The translations under genes were made by a program, and so were the position numbers. Shown one piece after another: positions 53,902 to 62,594 of a stretch of 64,000 bases of DNA. The stretch lies in the NCBI GenBank assembly GCA_964572965.1, contig CAZNHL010000005.1:39782-103781 (forward strand), in the 5' to 3' direction. The notes beneath the pieces were generated by a model that made no database searches, was not told the origin of the DNA, and saw nothing but the letters and a program-made list of their open reading frames with translations. This DNA is from an uncultured Bifidobacteriaceae bacterium. Lineage in GTDB: Bacteria; Bacteroidota; Bacteroidia; Cytophagales; UBA9547. Position 1 is the first letter of the stretch, and each line of letters begins with the position of its first letter.

Positions 53902-54388
53902 TTTATTTTATTTTCTAGCGGCAGTTTCTATTTGCTTCGCATTGTGGGTAATTTTTGCTAAAAACCCTATTCATAGTGTATTGGCTTTGGTTTTGACATT
54001 CTTTGCTATTGCCGGACAATATGTATTATTGAACGCACAGTTCCTGGCGCTTGTAAACGTAATCGTTTATGCCGGGGCAATCATGGTATTGTTCCTGTTC
54101 CTGATTATGTTTCTTAATCTTGACTGGGCGGCGGAACCAACAAAACCATTGTTGACTAAACTGGCTGCTACAATCTCTGCGGGTTTATTATTATTCGTTC
54201 TGGTTGCTGCTTTGAAAGGCGCTACAGTTGAGGCTCCGGAGACAGTTGATACTTCAATTGGTTTGATTGGGACTCTTGGTAAGGTGTTGTTCAATCAATT
54301 CCTCGTACCTTTTGAAATTGCTTCTATATTGTTCCTTTCAGCTATGATTGGTGCAGTAGTACTTGCTAAAAAAGAAATAACGGAGTAG
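53894..54388 (+). CDS. nuoJ: NADH-quinone oxidoreductase subunit J
   Basis: 164 aa, 5 TM, 8-nt overlap with nuoI. VIVYAGAIMVLFLFLIM motif. Confidence 0.9.
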   Translation: MGNLFYFLAAVSICFALWVIFAKNPIHSVLALVLTFFAIAGQYVLLNAQFLALVNVIVYAGAIMVLFLFLIMFLNLDWAAEPTKPLLTKLAATISAGLLLFVLVAALKGATVEAPETVDTSIGLIGTLGKVLFNQFLVPFEIASILFLSAMIGAVVLAKKEITE

Positions 54389-54405
54389 TTTATTTATTCC
54401 TGAAC

Positions 54406-54439
54406 AAAAAAGCCCACGATTAGAATCGTGGGCTTTTTT
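54406..54439 (+). terminator. Strong rho-independent terminator directly after nuoJ
   Basis: aaaaaagcccacgat-taga-atcgtgggctttttt (15-bp stem including the A/T extension). Confidence 0.8.
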
Positions 54440-54450
54440 GTTTTATTGGC

Positions 54451-54561
54451 TATCCGTTTGTTTGAACCTTCTTGATAAACCTGTAAGGTTTTAATCATTC
54501 TGTATTTTTGTGGTTTAAACAAACTTCTAAACCTTACAGGTTTTACTAATCGGATAGTCAT
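54451..54561. repeat. MITE/REP-like element, copy 3
   Basis: It has the same termini as the copies at 13.7 and 20.7 kb (tatccgttt ... cggatagtcat). Internal inverted repeat aaacctgtaaggttt / aaaccttacaggttt. Confidence 0.5.
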
Positions 54562-54600
54562 ATTTTGTTTTTATAACTAAATTTATTCCTTGAAATAACC

Positions 54601-55052
54601 ATGATGCCTAATGACTATTGCCCGACGACTGAGGTCGAATTAGAAAACTGGATGAAGCAGAATTGTTTCAACTTCAACGACTATTCAGTCAATGGAAATC
54701 ATATTTATGAAGGTTGTGGGATAGACAGAGATGAGGGCGGTTTTGTCTGGTATTTTACAGAAAGAGGACAAAAGAGTAAACTCAGACATTTCAATACAGA
54801 AAGAGAAATTATAAGTACGCCTTTAATCAGATTAAAAATGATAAATGGGCAAAGACTCATTGTATTGGGTTTACACCGATACAAGAAGAACACAGTGAAT
54901 TAGCGCTTATATTGGACGGTATGGGTTTGGAATGCTATCAGGACCAGATTCCATATTATATTTCAGGAGAACCAATTTACAGAACTTTTGTATTTGGCTG
55001 TAATATTCATAAAACATCGTATTTGAAAGACGTATTTTATAAACAGAAATAA
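54601..55052 (+). pseudogene. Frameshifted hypothetical gene (intact length about 150 aa)
   Basis: Frame 1 is open 54601-54903. The offset-2 frame is open 54780-55052 and reads ..YAFNQIKNDKWAKTHCIGFTPIQEEHSELALILDGMGLECYQDQIPYYISGEPIYRTFVFGCNIHK... The length of 452 nt is not a multiple of 3. The switch is near 54811-54816. Confidence 0.5.
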
Positions 55053-55059
55053 CCACCTT

Positions 55060-55680
55060 ATGAAGAAGTTTGCCAAGTTCTGTTTAAAGCTCTCTATAGG
55101 CTGTTTCTTGGTTGGTATTTTGTGCGTTTTATTAATAATGTATCATAATGAAACATCAATCAATAAAGTTTTGTCCAGGACACAACAGGAATGGTTGTTT
55201 AACACAATTGATACTACTGAGGTTTTACCGGAGAACTATTATAGGACACTTGAAAAATATTATCCAAGCTATTTTACAACTAGTGCATGGGAGTCTGTAT
55301 TTGCCCAGCTATTCAATGTGGATGGGTATCATTGCCAATGCAGGGAAATTTATTTACCATACATACCAGGAGAGGTATTAGAGTATAAACGGAGTATATT
55401 TAGGAATACATCTTTAGTAATCGCTTTAGAACTTGAAGACAGGTTTACTGAAAAACAATGCTATGCATTTGAAAACAGTAATGCTGAATTTGGATCGAAT
55501 ATCAGAGGTGTGAAAAATGCGGCAAGATTTTATTTTGGAAAACAACTGGAAGAATTAAATGAACGGGAGATACTTTCCTTGAATTTGATAAGACAAGCTC
55601 CTGAACGTTTTAATCCCTTTATAAATAAAGAAAGATTGGAGAAGGCTTTAGATAAATTAATGAAAGATAAAACTCAGTAA
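55060..55680 (+). CDS. Membrane-anchored GT51 transglycosylase-like protein (degenerate)
   Basis: 206 aa. N-terminal TM. The C-terminal half aligns with GT51 motifs 3-5 (ALELEDRFTEKQ, GVKNAARFYFGKQLEELNEREILSLNLIRQAPERFNP). The ED..F..H and GGST.TQQ motifs are not recognisable. Confidence 0.45.
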   Translation: MKKFAKFCLKLSIGCFLVGILCVLLIMYHNETSINKVLSRTQQEWLFNTIDTTEVLPENYYRTLEKYYPSYFTTSAWESVFAQLFNVDGYHCQCREIYLPYIPGEVLEYKRSIFRNTSLVIALELEDRFTEKQCYAFENSNAEFGSNIRGVKNAARFYFGKQLEELNEREILSLNLIRQAPERFNPFINKERLEKALDKLMKDKTQ

Positions 55681-55688
55681 CGAACAAC

Positions 55689-56306
55689 ATGGCAGAATTT
55701 TGGGAATCAAGCTTTAGGGACAAGCAGGAAATGTGGGGTTTTGAACCTGCCGATTCTGCCGTTGCAGCAGTTGAGTTATTTAAGCAGCACGGACTAAAGA
55801 AAATTCTGATACCTGGCTTCGGGTATGGAAGGAATGCTCAGGTTTTTACTGACAACGGATTTGACATTACAGGAATAGAGATCTCGGAAACTGCGATTGA
55901 TTTAGCTAAAAAGCATTATGGCGAGCATATTAAAGTGTATCATGGTTCTGTTAGTTCAATGCCGTTTGACAGAGAATTGTATGATGGTGTTTTTTGTTAT
56001 GCTTTAATCCATTTACTAAATACCGAAGACAGGCTAAAGCTGATCAGGGATTGTTATCATCAGTTAAAGCCGGGTGGCTATATGGTTTTTATAACCATAT
56101 CAAAACTGGATGCCAGGTATGGAGATGGTAAAGAAGCTGAAACCGATACATTTGAAACAAGGCACGGTGTAAGCTTGTTCTTTTATGATTCCTGCTCAGT
56201 TGAAAAAGACTTTGGTCCTTATGGTCTGATAAAGGCAGAAGAGGTTGGAGAACCAGTTAATAAGCCCTCTCAGAAATTCTTACAAGTGGTATGTAGAAAG
56301 GTGTAA
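55689..56306 (+). CDS. Class I SAM-dependent methyltransferase
   Basis: 205 aa. Motif I ILIPGFGYGRN; post-I ITGIEIS; LKPGGYMVF. Confidence 0.8.
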   Translation: MAEFWESSFRDKQEMWGFEPADSAVAAVELFKQHGLKKILIPGFGYGRNAQVFTDNGFDITGIEISETAIDLAKKHYGEHIKVYHGSVSSMPFDRELYDGVFCYALIHLLNTEDRLKLIRDCYHQLKPGGYMVFITISKLDARYGDGKEAETDTFETRHGVSLFFYDSCSVEKDFGPYGLIKAEEVGEPVNKPSQKFLQVVCRKV

Positions 56307-56326
56307 TTTGCTAAAGAACATGAAGT

Positions 56327-57649
56327 TTAAATAGTAATTTCCAATACTGTTTTTGTCTTTTCAGTTATTTTAAACCGTTCATCCATGCGGTAGCCGATCA
56401 CCCATACAATTTTATCAGCAGAACATAAGACCCATACCGACTCCTTAAGGTTTCGGGGGACTTTCAGGTCATTTAAAAGGTCTGATACATTTTTCTTTTT
56501 CCCTTTCATTCCCAGTGGCTGAAACTCATCGCCATGCTGAAAACGTCTTATCAGTAACGGAAAGTGAAGCTTTTCTTTGTCAAAAGCCCCGACAGTTGGC
56601 ATAGGGTTAATGTTATAATCAACACTCTCTCGTTCTTTTATCAGTAGATGAAGCTGTTCTTGCTCCAAAGATGTCTGGCCATCGTGAATGAGAAAATCGG
56701 TGTGGCGGCTTACTAGTTTCTTCGTAATGACTAATTGCTCACGGTCTTTTACAAGAATATGGGTAGGTGAGATAAATTGTTTCCCGTTTTCTCCTTCAAG
56801 ATTTTCTGAAATAAGTTTTACTTCTTCAAAATTGAAGCCATAAGGTTTTAAAAGTTCATGAAGAATAACCAGATAACCTTTACGTTCAAGTAGCTTTGAA
56901 ATAGAAATCAGAGTTGCGGAGTCCGTATTTTGCACTGCAATAGTTCTGATGTTCTCTATTTCCTGTTGCAGAATTTCTTCAAGGGCGCTCATGCGCATTG
57001 CCGTATTGGCAAAGGTGTTTTCAAGATTGGGGTTAATCTCTTTCAGGACAGGGACTACCTTATGTCTTAATAAATTACGCTGGTATTTAGTGGAAGAATT
57101 AGAACTGTCTTCACGCCATAGCAAATGATGGTTTTTTGCATATGTTTCAATTTCTTCTCTTGTACAAAAGAGCAAAGGACGGATGATATCCTCATTTTTG
57201 GGAGAGATGCCATTCAGGCCGGCAATTCCGGTGCCTTTAGTGAAATTCAATAAAGATGTTTCGAAACTGTCGTTCAAATGATGTGCTGTTGCAATCTGGT
57301 TGAAATGATGTTCATCCTTTAGTTCCTGAAACCATTGGTAGCGAAGTTCACGGGCTGCCATTTGTGTGGAGATGCCATGAGCATAAGAAAAGTCTTTTGT
57401 GTCAAAAAGTTTTACGAAGCATTCAACCTGGAAATTTTCTGCAATTTTTAGTACAAATTCTTCATCCCCGTTCGACTCGTCACCCCGTAAGCCAAAGTTG
57501 CAATGAGCCAGACTGAAGGATAATCCGGCCTGATGAAAGAGATGGGTCAGCACTACAGAGTCTAATCCGCCACTAATAGTGATAAGTGTGCGAGACCCTG
57601 AAGGGGCCAGATTGTGTTTTTTGACGAAATTCAAAAACGCAGGCAGCAT
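56327..57649 (-). CDS. tilS: tRNA(Ile)-lysidine synthase
   Basis: The ORF track extends to 57700; ATG 57649 gives MLPAFLNFVKKH. PP-loop SGGLDSVVL; C-terminal TilS substrate-binding region. Confidence 0.9.
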   Translation of the reverse strand: MLPAFLNFVKKHNLAPSGSRTLITISGGLDSVVLTHLFHQAGLSFSLAHCNFGLRGDESNGDEEFVLKIAENFQVECFVKLFDTKDFSYAHGISTQMAARELRYQWFQELKDEHHFNQIATAHHLNDSFETSLLNFTKGTGIAGLNGISPKNEDIIRPLLFCTREEIETYAKNHHLLWREDSSNSSTKYQRNLLRHKVVPVLKEINPNLENTFANTAMRMSALEEILQQEIENIRTIAVQNTDSATLISISKLLERKGYLVILHELLKPYGFNFEEVKLISENLEGENGKQFISPTHILVKDREQLVITKKLVSRHTDFLIHDGQTSLEQEQLHLLIKERESVDYNINPMPTVGAFDKEKLHFPLLIRRFQHGDEFQPLGMKGKKKNVSDLLNDLKVPRNLKESVWVLCSADKIVWVIGYRMDERFKITEKTKTVLEITI

Positions 57650-57774
57650 TGATTTGGTTTTTTTATCGTAATTTCGAAAGATTTTAGATGCAAGATACAA
57701 GAATCATGGTGTAAGATAGTAATTGATCTGCATCGGGCGTATCTTTATTTGTTTCATGAATTTTACCCATACAC

Positions 57775-59286
57775 GTGAAAAACGTTTTTAGCTTTCTACT
57801 TATACTCTTTATCCAATACTCTGTTATTGCTCAGAACGGTAATAAAATTGAACTGATTAATGCAGAGGAATTGGAAGGGATATCTTTGAATAACCAGACG
57901 ATCCGTGTTTTGAAGAAAAACGTGATTTTCAGAGAAGGGAAAACTATGATGTATTGCGATTCTGCTACGCAGATTGCCGATAAAAATGCATTTCAGGCGT
58001 ATAAAAATGTACGTATTGTTCAGGATAAGATTGTGATGACAGGAGATCATCTTAACTATGATGCAGATTCCAAACAGGCTGTCATGATAGGAAATGTAGT
58101 GTTAAATGACGGGAATATGACTCTTAAAACAAGTCAGCTTGATTATAACCTCGCGAATAAGAATTTAACTTATACTACTACTGCAACTATTGTCGATAAA
58201 GAAAATACTCTGGTGTCTCAGATTGGTACTTATGATTCTGATAAAAAAGTTTTAACATTCTACAAGGATGTGGTGATGACAGGGAAGGATTACAAGATTG
58301 TAACCGATACTTTGATTTATTACCCTAAGACTAAGATGGTATATTTCAAGGGTGCTACTAAAATCAAGTCCAAGGATGCCGATTTGTTTGCTGATGAAGG
58401 GGAATATGATACTGAAAAAAGACAGTCAAAATTTAAGGGCCGTTCGAAGGTAGAAAATGGCGATTTTGTTATCTCTGGCGATTTTCTGGATTATAATGAA
58501 AAGAAAAAAGAGGGTTTAGCCAGGCAGAATGTAATATTGGTCAGTAAAAAAGACAGTATCCAGATTGACGGTGAATATGCTATCTATAAAGGGAAAACAG
58601 GTTATTCAAAAGTGTTCGGAAACCCTTTGATGAAAATGAAATCAGGAAAGGATACTATTTTTTTGAAAGCAGATACTCTATTGGCTGTTTCTGATTCTAT
58701 TAAGAAAGAAAGGCGTGTTTTTGCTTATCATAAGGTGAAATTATTCGGGAAAGATTTTCAGGCTGTGTGTGATTCGTTGATATATGATTATAGTGATTCG
58801 TTGATTTACTTTTTTAAAGATCCTGTACTCTGGGCAAATAATAGTCAGATTACCGCAGATTCAATTAGAATACAAATGGCTAATAATAAAGTGTCAAAAA
58901 TGTATCTGAGACGTAATGCCTTTATGATTTCTACGGATAGTATTCAAAACTATAACCAGGTGAGAGGTAAAAACCTGCTCGCCCATTTCAGTGATAATCA
59001 GATCAGGAAGGTAGATGTGATGGGAAGTGGAGAGTGTATTTATTTCGCAACAGAAAATGATACCTTACTTGTAGGGATGAATAGAGTGATATGTAGCAGC
59101 ATGCTCATTAAGTTTGCTGAGGATAATAAAATACAGTCGTTCTCATTCAATACAGAACCGGATGCAAAGTTTATACCTCCGCAGGAAATGGCTGAGCCCG
59201 ATAAGAGATTAAGGGGTTTTAGATGGCGTATAAACGAAAAGCCACAAAGGAATCAGATGAATAGAGATAAGAGAAAGAAACATTAA
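57775..59286 (+). CDS. OstA/LptA-like domain protein
   Basis: 503 aa, GTG start, signal MKNVFSFLLILFIQYSVIAQ. Repeated OstA-like beta-jellyroll segments (..VRIVQDKIVMTGDHLNYD..). Confidence 0.6.
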   Translation: MKNVFSFLLILFIQYSVIAQNGNKIELINAEELEGISLNNQTIRVLKKNVIFREGKTMMYCDSATQIADKNAFQAYKNVRIVQDKIVMTGDHLNYDADSKQAVMIGNVVLNDGNMTLKTSQLDYNLANKNLTYTTTATIVDKENTLVSQIGTYDSDKKVLTFYKDVVMTGKDYKIVTDTLIYYPKTKMVYFKGATKIKSKDADLFADEGEYDTEKRQSKFKGRSKVENGDFVISGDFLDYNEKKKEGLARQNVILVSKKDSIQIDGEYAIYKGKTGYSKVFGNPLMKMKSGKDTIFLKADTLLAVSDSIKKERRVFAYHKVKLFGKDFQAVCDSLIYDYSDSLIYFFKDPVLWANNSQITADSIRIQMANNKVSKMYLRRNAFMISTDSIQNYNQVRGKNLLAHFSDNQIRKVDVMGSGECIYFATENDTLLVGMNRVICSSMLIKFAEDNKIQSFSFNTEPDAKFIPPQEMAEPDKRLRGFRWRINEKPQRNQMNRDKRKKH

Positions 59287-59287
59287 G

Positions 59288-59324
59288 AAAAAAGGCTCCG
59301 CAAATTCTTGCGGAGCCTTTTTTC
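59288..59324. terminator. Bidirectional terminator
   Basis: aaaaaaggctccgca / tgcggagcctttttt. It has the same ggctccgc stem core as 62555-62586. Confidence 0.8.
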
Positions 59325-60380
59325 TTAATGAGTTTCGACGTCTTTAACAGTTGTAAAAACAGGTTCGATAACCCATTTACCTTCTTTATTAATAATTCCC
59401 CATTTGTTATCTTTTTTAGCTGCAGCGTAGCCGTTTTTGAATGCTCTTACACCTTGCAGTTCCGGTTGAACAACCCATTTGCCGGTGGCATCATAAAAGC
59501 CCCACAGAGTAGCTTTTTTGCCTTCACAAAGACCGTTGCTGAAATTCTCAAATGTTTCTGATGGGTTAATAGATTGTGTTTTCCCTTCTTTGTTGATATA
59601 AAGTGCACCGGCTTCTGTTTTTACTACTGCAAGTCCGCTTTTTGTATCAAAATCTTTAGCAGCAGTATAAGTAGGCTGGATTATCCATTGACCTGTTTTA
59701 TCAATGAAACCAACTTTACCTTCCAATGTTTTTGCCCATGCAATACCGCCATGGAAAAAGCCAACACTTTTGAATTTAGGTTCTATAACTACTTTACCTG
59801 TTACATCTACAAAACCTGTTTTCTTTTCAGCATCAGAAAAAGGGGCTAAACCTTCAGTAAAACGGTTGATACTAAGTACCCGTGAATCACTAGCGGTTTT
59901 TTCATTCCCTTTTTTGTCTATTATGATTGTTTTACCGTCTTTGGTTACAACAGCATATCCGCCATTGAATTCAGATGCCTTTTCATAATTCAGAGGAATG
60001 GCCAGATTACCTTTATTATCCAGATATCCCCATTTTTTGTTAGAATATACTGGAAGCATGCCGTCATTATAACCTACTTCTCCAAGTCCGAAACCACTTC
60101 TTACTTCAAAGTTGTCAATCTGGGTTTTTAGCTGGTCGCCGGTAGGAGTGATAATAATGAACTTTTTTGTTTGTTCACTGAATACTACCGCCAGACCTTC
60201 TGAAAATGAATAACACCTGCGGTAAGCTGCGGGGATAATCATCTCTCCTTTGATATTCGCATAACCCCAATTATCCCCTCCTGCAGGTTTTACAAGAATA
60301 GTGTGGTTTTGAGAAAATGCGCTAAATGTAGTCATTAAACTACTGGCGACTACGATCAGAGTTTTCTTAAGTGTTTTCAT
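59325..60380 (-). CDS. WG-repeat (KWG-type) secreted protein, paralogue 1
   Basis: 351 aa. Signal peptide; about 8 repeats of ..WGY.D..G..VI.P.Y... (WGYANIKGEMIIPAAY, KWGYLDNKGNLAIPLNY, KWGIINKEGKWVIEPVF). Confidence 0.8.
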   Translation of the reverse strand: MKTLKKTLIVVASSLMTTFSAFSQNHTILVKPAGGDNWGYANIKGEMIIPAAYRRCYSFSEGLAVVFSEQTKKFIIITPTGDQLKTQIDNFEVRSGFGLGEVGYNDGMLPVYSNKKWGYLDNKGNLAIPLNYEKASEFNGGYAVVTKDGKTIIIDKKGNEKTASDSRVLSINRFTEGLAPFSDAEKKTGFVDVTGKVVIEPKFKSVGFFHGGIAWAKTLEGKVGFIDKTGQWIIQPTYTAAKDFDTKSGLAVVKTEAGALYINKEGKTQSINPSETFENFSNGLCEGKKATLWGFYDATGKWVVQPELQGVRAFKNGYAAAKKDNKWGIINKEGKWVIEPVFTTVKDVETH

Positions 60381-60408
60381 GTGATTGTTTATAGGTTTAA
60401 AAATTGAT

Positions 60409-61515
60409 TTATTGATTAATAATTTCTACGTCTTTGATCGCCAGATATTGTGGTTGAATAACCCAATTCCCTTGGGTGTCTATAATTCCCCATTGACCTT
60501 CTGATTCAGCAGCAGCATATCCGTTTTTGAAGTCACGTATGTTTTTGAATTGAGGCTTTATAACCCAGATACCTTCTTTGTTATAAAATCCCCATAGGCC
60601 GTTTTGCTTTCCTTTAGCAAGCCCTTCTGAAAATTCGCAAAAAGAATCACGGTTATTTTGAATGTCTATTATTTGACCTTTTGTATCTATATAAGACCAT
60701 TCAGTTGAAAATGGGTTTTTTTGATGTTTTACCATGGCAATACCTGATTTGGGGTCAAAGCGGTATACAGCCTGATAAATAGGCTTGATCTGCCATTCTC
60801 CTTTGTGGTTAATGAAGCCTACTAAATTGTCTGTTGTTCTTGCCCATGCTAAGCTACCTGAAAAGTTATCTACTTTTAAGAATTTTGCAGGGATTGCTAC
60901 TTCTCCTGTAGTATCAATGAAACCATAGAGTTTATTAGTACTCACAAAAATAGCTAGCCCTTCATGGAAAGAGTCTGCACGAACAACTTTGTTGTCAACC
61001 GAGTCTATTTCTACTCCTGCTGTGTTAACAACATAATGTTTTCCATTTCTTTTACATAAAGAATATCCCTCATTAAAGCCTTCAACCTCACTATATCGTA
61101 AAGTAATTTTTATATCACCTTTTGTATTTACGAACCCCCATTTGTTCTTAACGCGTACAGGTAGTAAGCCGTTTTTGAAGCCGCAAAATTTAATTGCTCC
61201 ATAACCACCAAAACCAACATAGTCTGATTTTATATTGAAGTTTTTCAGTTCGCATTTGAAGTTTTTTCCAGTAGTGTCAATAAGGGAGAGACCTTCTAAT
61301 TCTGTTTCAACAAAGGCATATCCATCAGAGGAAAAGGAGTATGTAGCTAAGTACGTAGCCGGAATAACCAATTCTCCTTTAAGGTTTATATATCCCCATG
61401 TATTACTTCTTTTAGGTCTTACCTGAATCCGATAACATTGAGCTGAGCTGGCAAAATAAATGATGTTTAAAAGAAAAATAAAAGTTATGAGTTTAGCTGT
61501 TTTCACTATATTCAA
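60409..61515 (-). CDS. WG-repeat secreted protein, paralogue 2
   Basis: 368 aa. There is no ATG at the N-terminus (TTG 61515 or GTG 61506). Same repeat pattern. 28 nt upstream of paralogue 1. Confidence 0.75.
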   Translation of the reverse strand: MNIVKTAKLITFIFLLNIIYFASSAQCYRIQVRPKRSNTWGYINLKGELVIPATYLATYSFSSDGYAFVETELEGLSLIDTTGKNFKCELKNFNIKSDYVGFGGYGAIKFCGFKNGLLPVRVKNKWGFVNTKGDIKITLRYSEVEGFNEGYSLCKRNGKHYVVNTAGVEIDSVDNKVVRADSFHEGLAIFVSTNKLYGFIDTTGEVAIPAKFLKVDNFSGSLAWARTTDNLVGFINHKGEWQIKPIYQAVYRFDPKSGIAMVKHQKNPFSTEWSYIDTKGQIIDIQNNRDSFCEFSEGLAKGKQNGLWGFYNKEGIWVIKPQFKNIRDFKNGYAAAESEGQWGIIDTQGNWVIQPQYLAIKDVEIINQ

Positions 61516-61625
61516 ATGATTAAAAAGATACTTGTACTTTTGACTTTAATTAATAGTACCAATTTACATAATTGGCTTATTATTAATTCTGACTAGTGAA
61601 ATTTAATTTTTAATACTATTATAAA

Positions 61626-62537
61626 ATGTTAGCAAATAATATTCTTGAAACTATTGGGGCAACACCTCATGTAAAGGTAAATCGCTTGTATCCGTCAAAT
61701 GTTTCTGTTTATGTGAAACTGGAAAAGGCTAATCCGGGAGGAAGTATCAAAGACCGTATTGCATTGTCAATGATTGAAGATGCTGAGAAAAAAGGCTTGT
61801 TAAAACCCGGAAGCGTTATTGTTGAGCCAACGTCAGGCAATACAGGTATTGGCCTGGCTATGGTAGCGGCTGTAAAGGGTTATAAAATTATTCTTGTAAT
61901 GCCGGAATCTATGTCTATTGAGCGCCGCAAACTGATGTCTGTATATGGCGCTGAATTTGAATTGACGCCAAGGGAAAAAGGGATGAAAGGAGCAATTGAA
62001 AAGGCTACAGAACTGGTTGCTGCTACTCCGAATGCCTGGATGCCGCAACAGTTTGAAAACGAAGCTAATATTGAAATTCACAAAGCAACAACGGCGCAGG
62101 AAATTTTGAAGGATTTTCCTAATGGACTTGATTACCTGATTACCGGAGTTGGTACAGGTGGGCATATTACAGGTGTTGCGGAAGTATTAAAAGCGAAGTT
62201 TCCACAACTTAAGGTGTTTGCTGTTGAACCTGAGTTGTCTCCTGTAATTAGTGGGGGAGCTCCGGGGCCACACCCGATTCAGGGAATTGGTGCCGGCTTT
62301 ATTCCAAAGAACTTACGTACCAATATCTTGGATGGAGTTATTCAGGTATCAAAAGATGAAGCATTTAATTATGCGCAGCGCGCTGCAAAAGAGGAGGGAA
62401 TCTTCCTGGGTGTTTCTTCTGGAGCTTCTTTAGCAGCAGTAGCAAAAAAAATAGAAGAGATTCCGGCAGGAAGTACAGTACTTACTTTCTGTTATGATAC
62501 AGGTGAACGTTACTTCTCTGTTGAGGGCTTGTTTTAA
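61626..62537 (+). CDS. cysK: Cysteine synthase A (O-acetylserine sulfhydrylase)
   Basis: 303 aa. PLP Lys in NPGGSIKDR; SGNTGIGLA; [10 protein letters not shown]. Confidence 0.95.
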   Translation: MLANNILETIGATPHVKVNRLYPSNVSVYVKLEKANPGGSIKDRIALSMIEDAEKKGLLKPGSVIVEPTSGNTGIGLAMVAAVKGYKIILVMPESMSIERRKLMSVYGAEFELTPREKGMKGAIEKATELVAATPNAWMPQQFENEANIEIHKATTAQEILKDFPNGLDYLITGVGTGGHITGVAEVLKAKFPQLKVFAVEPELSPVISGGAPGPHPIQGIGAGFIPKNLRTNILDGVIQVSKDEAFNYAQRAAKEEGIFLGVSSGASLAAVAKKIEEIPAGSTVLTFCYDTGERYFSVEGLF

Positions 62538-62554
62538 GAGAACTTCATATTAAT

Positions 62555-62586
62555 AAAAAGGCTCCGCGATAAAGCGGAGCCTTTTT
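62555..62586. terminator. Bidirectional terminator
   Basis: aaaaaggctccgc / gcggagccttttt, between convergent cysK and WG paralogue 3. Confidence 0.8.
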
Positions 62587-62594
62587 ATTAATAA

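Noticed and set aside
54780-54903. Programmed -1 ribosomal frameshift in the split gene.
   Set aside because: There is no X_XXY_YYZ slippery heptamer or obvious downstream stimulatory structure at the frame junction. Mutation or sequencing error is more parsimonious.
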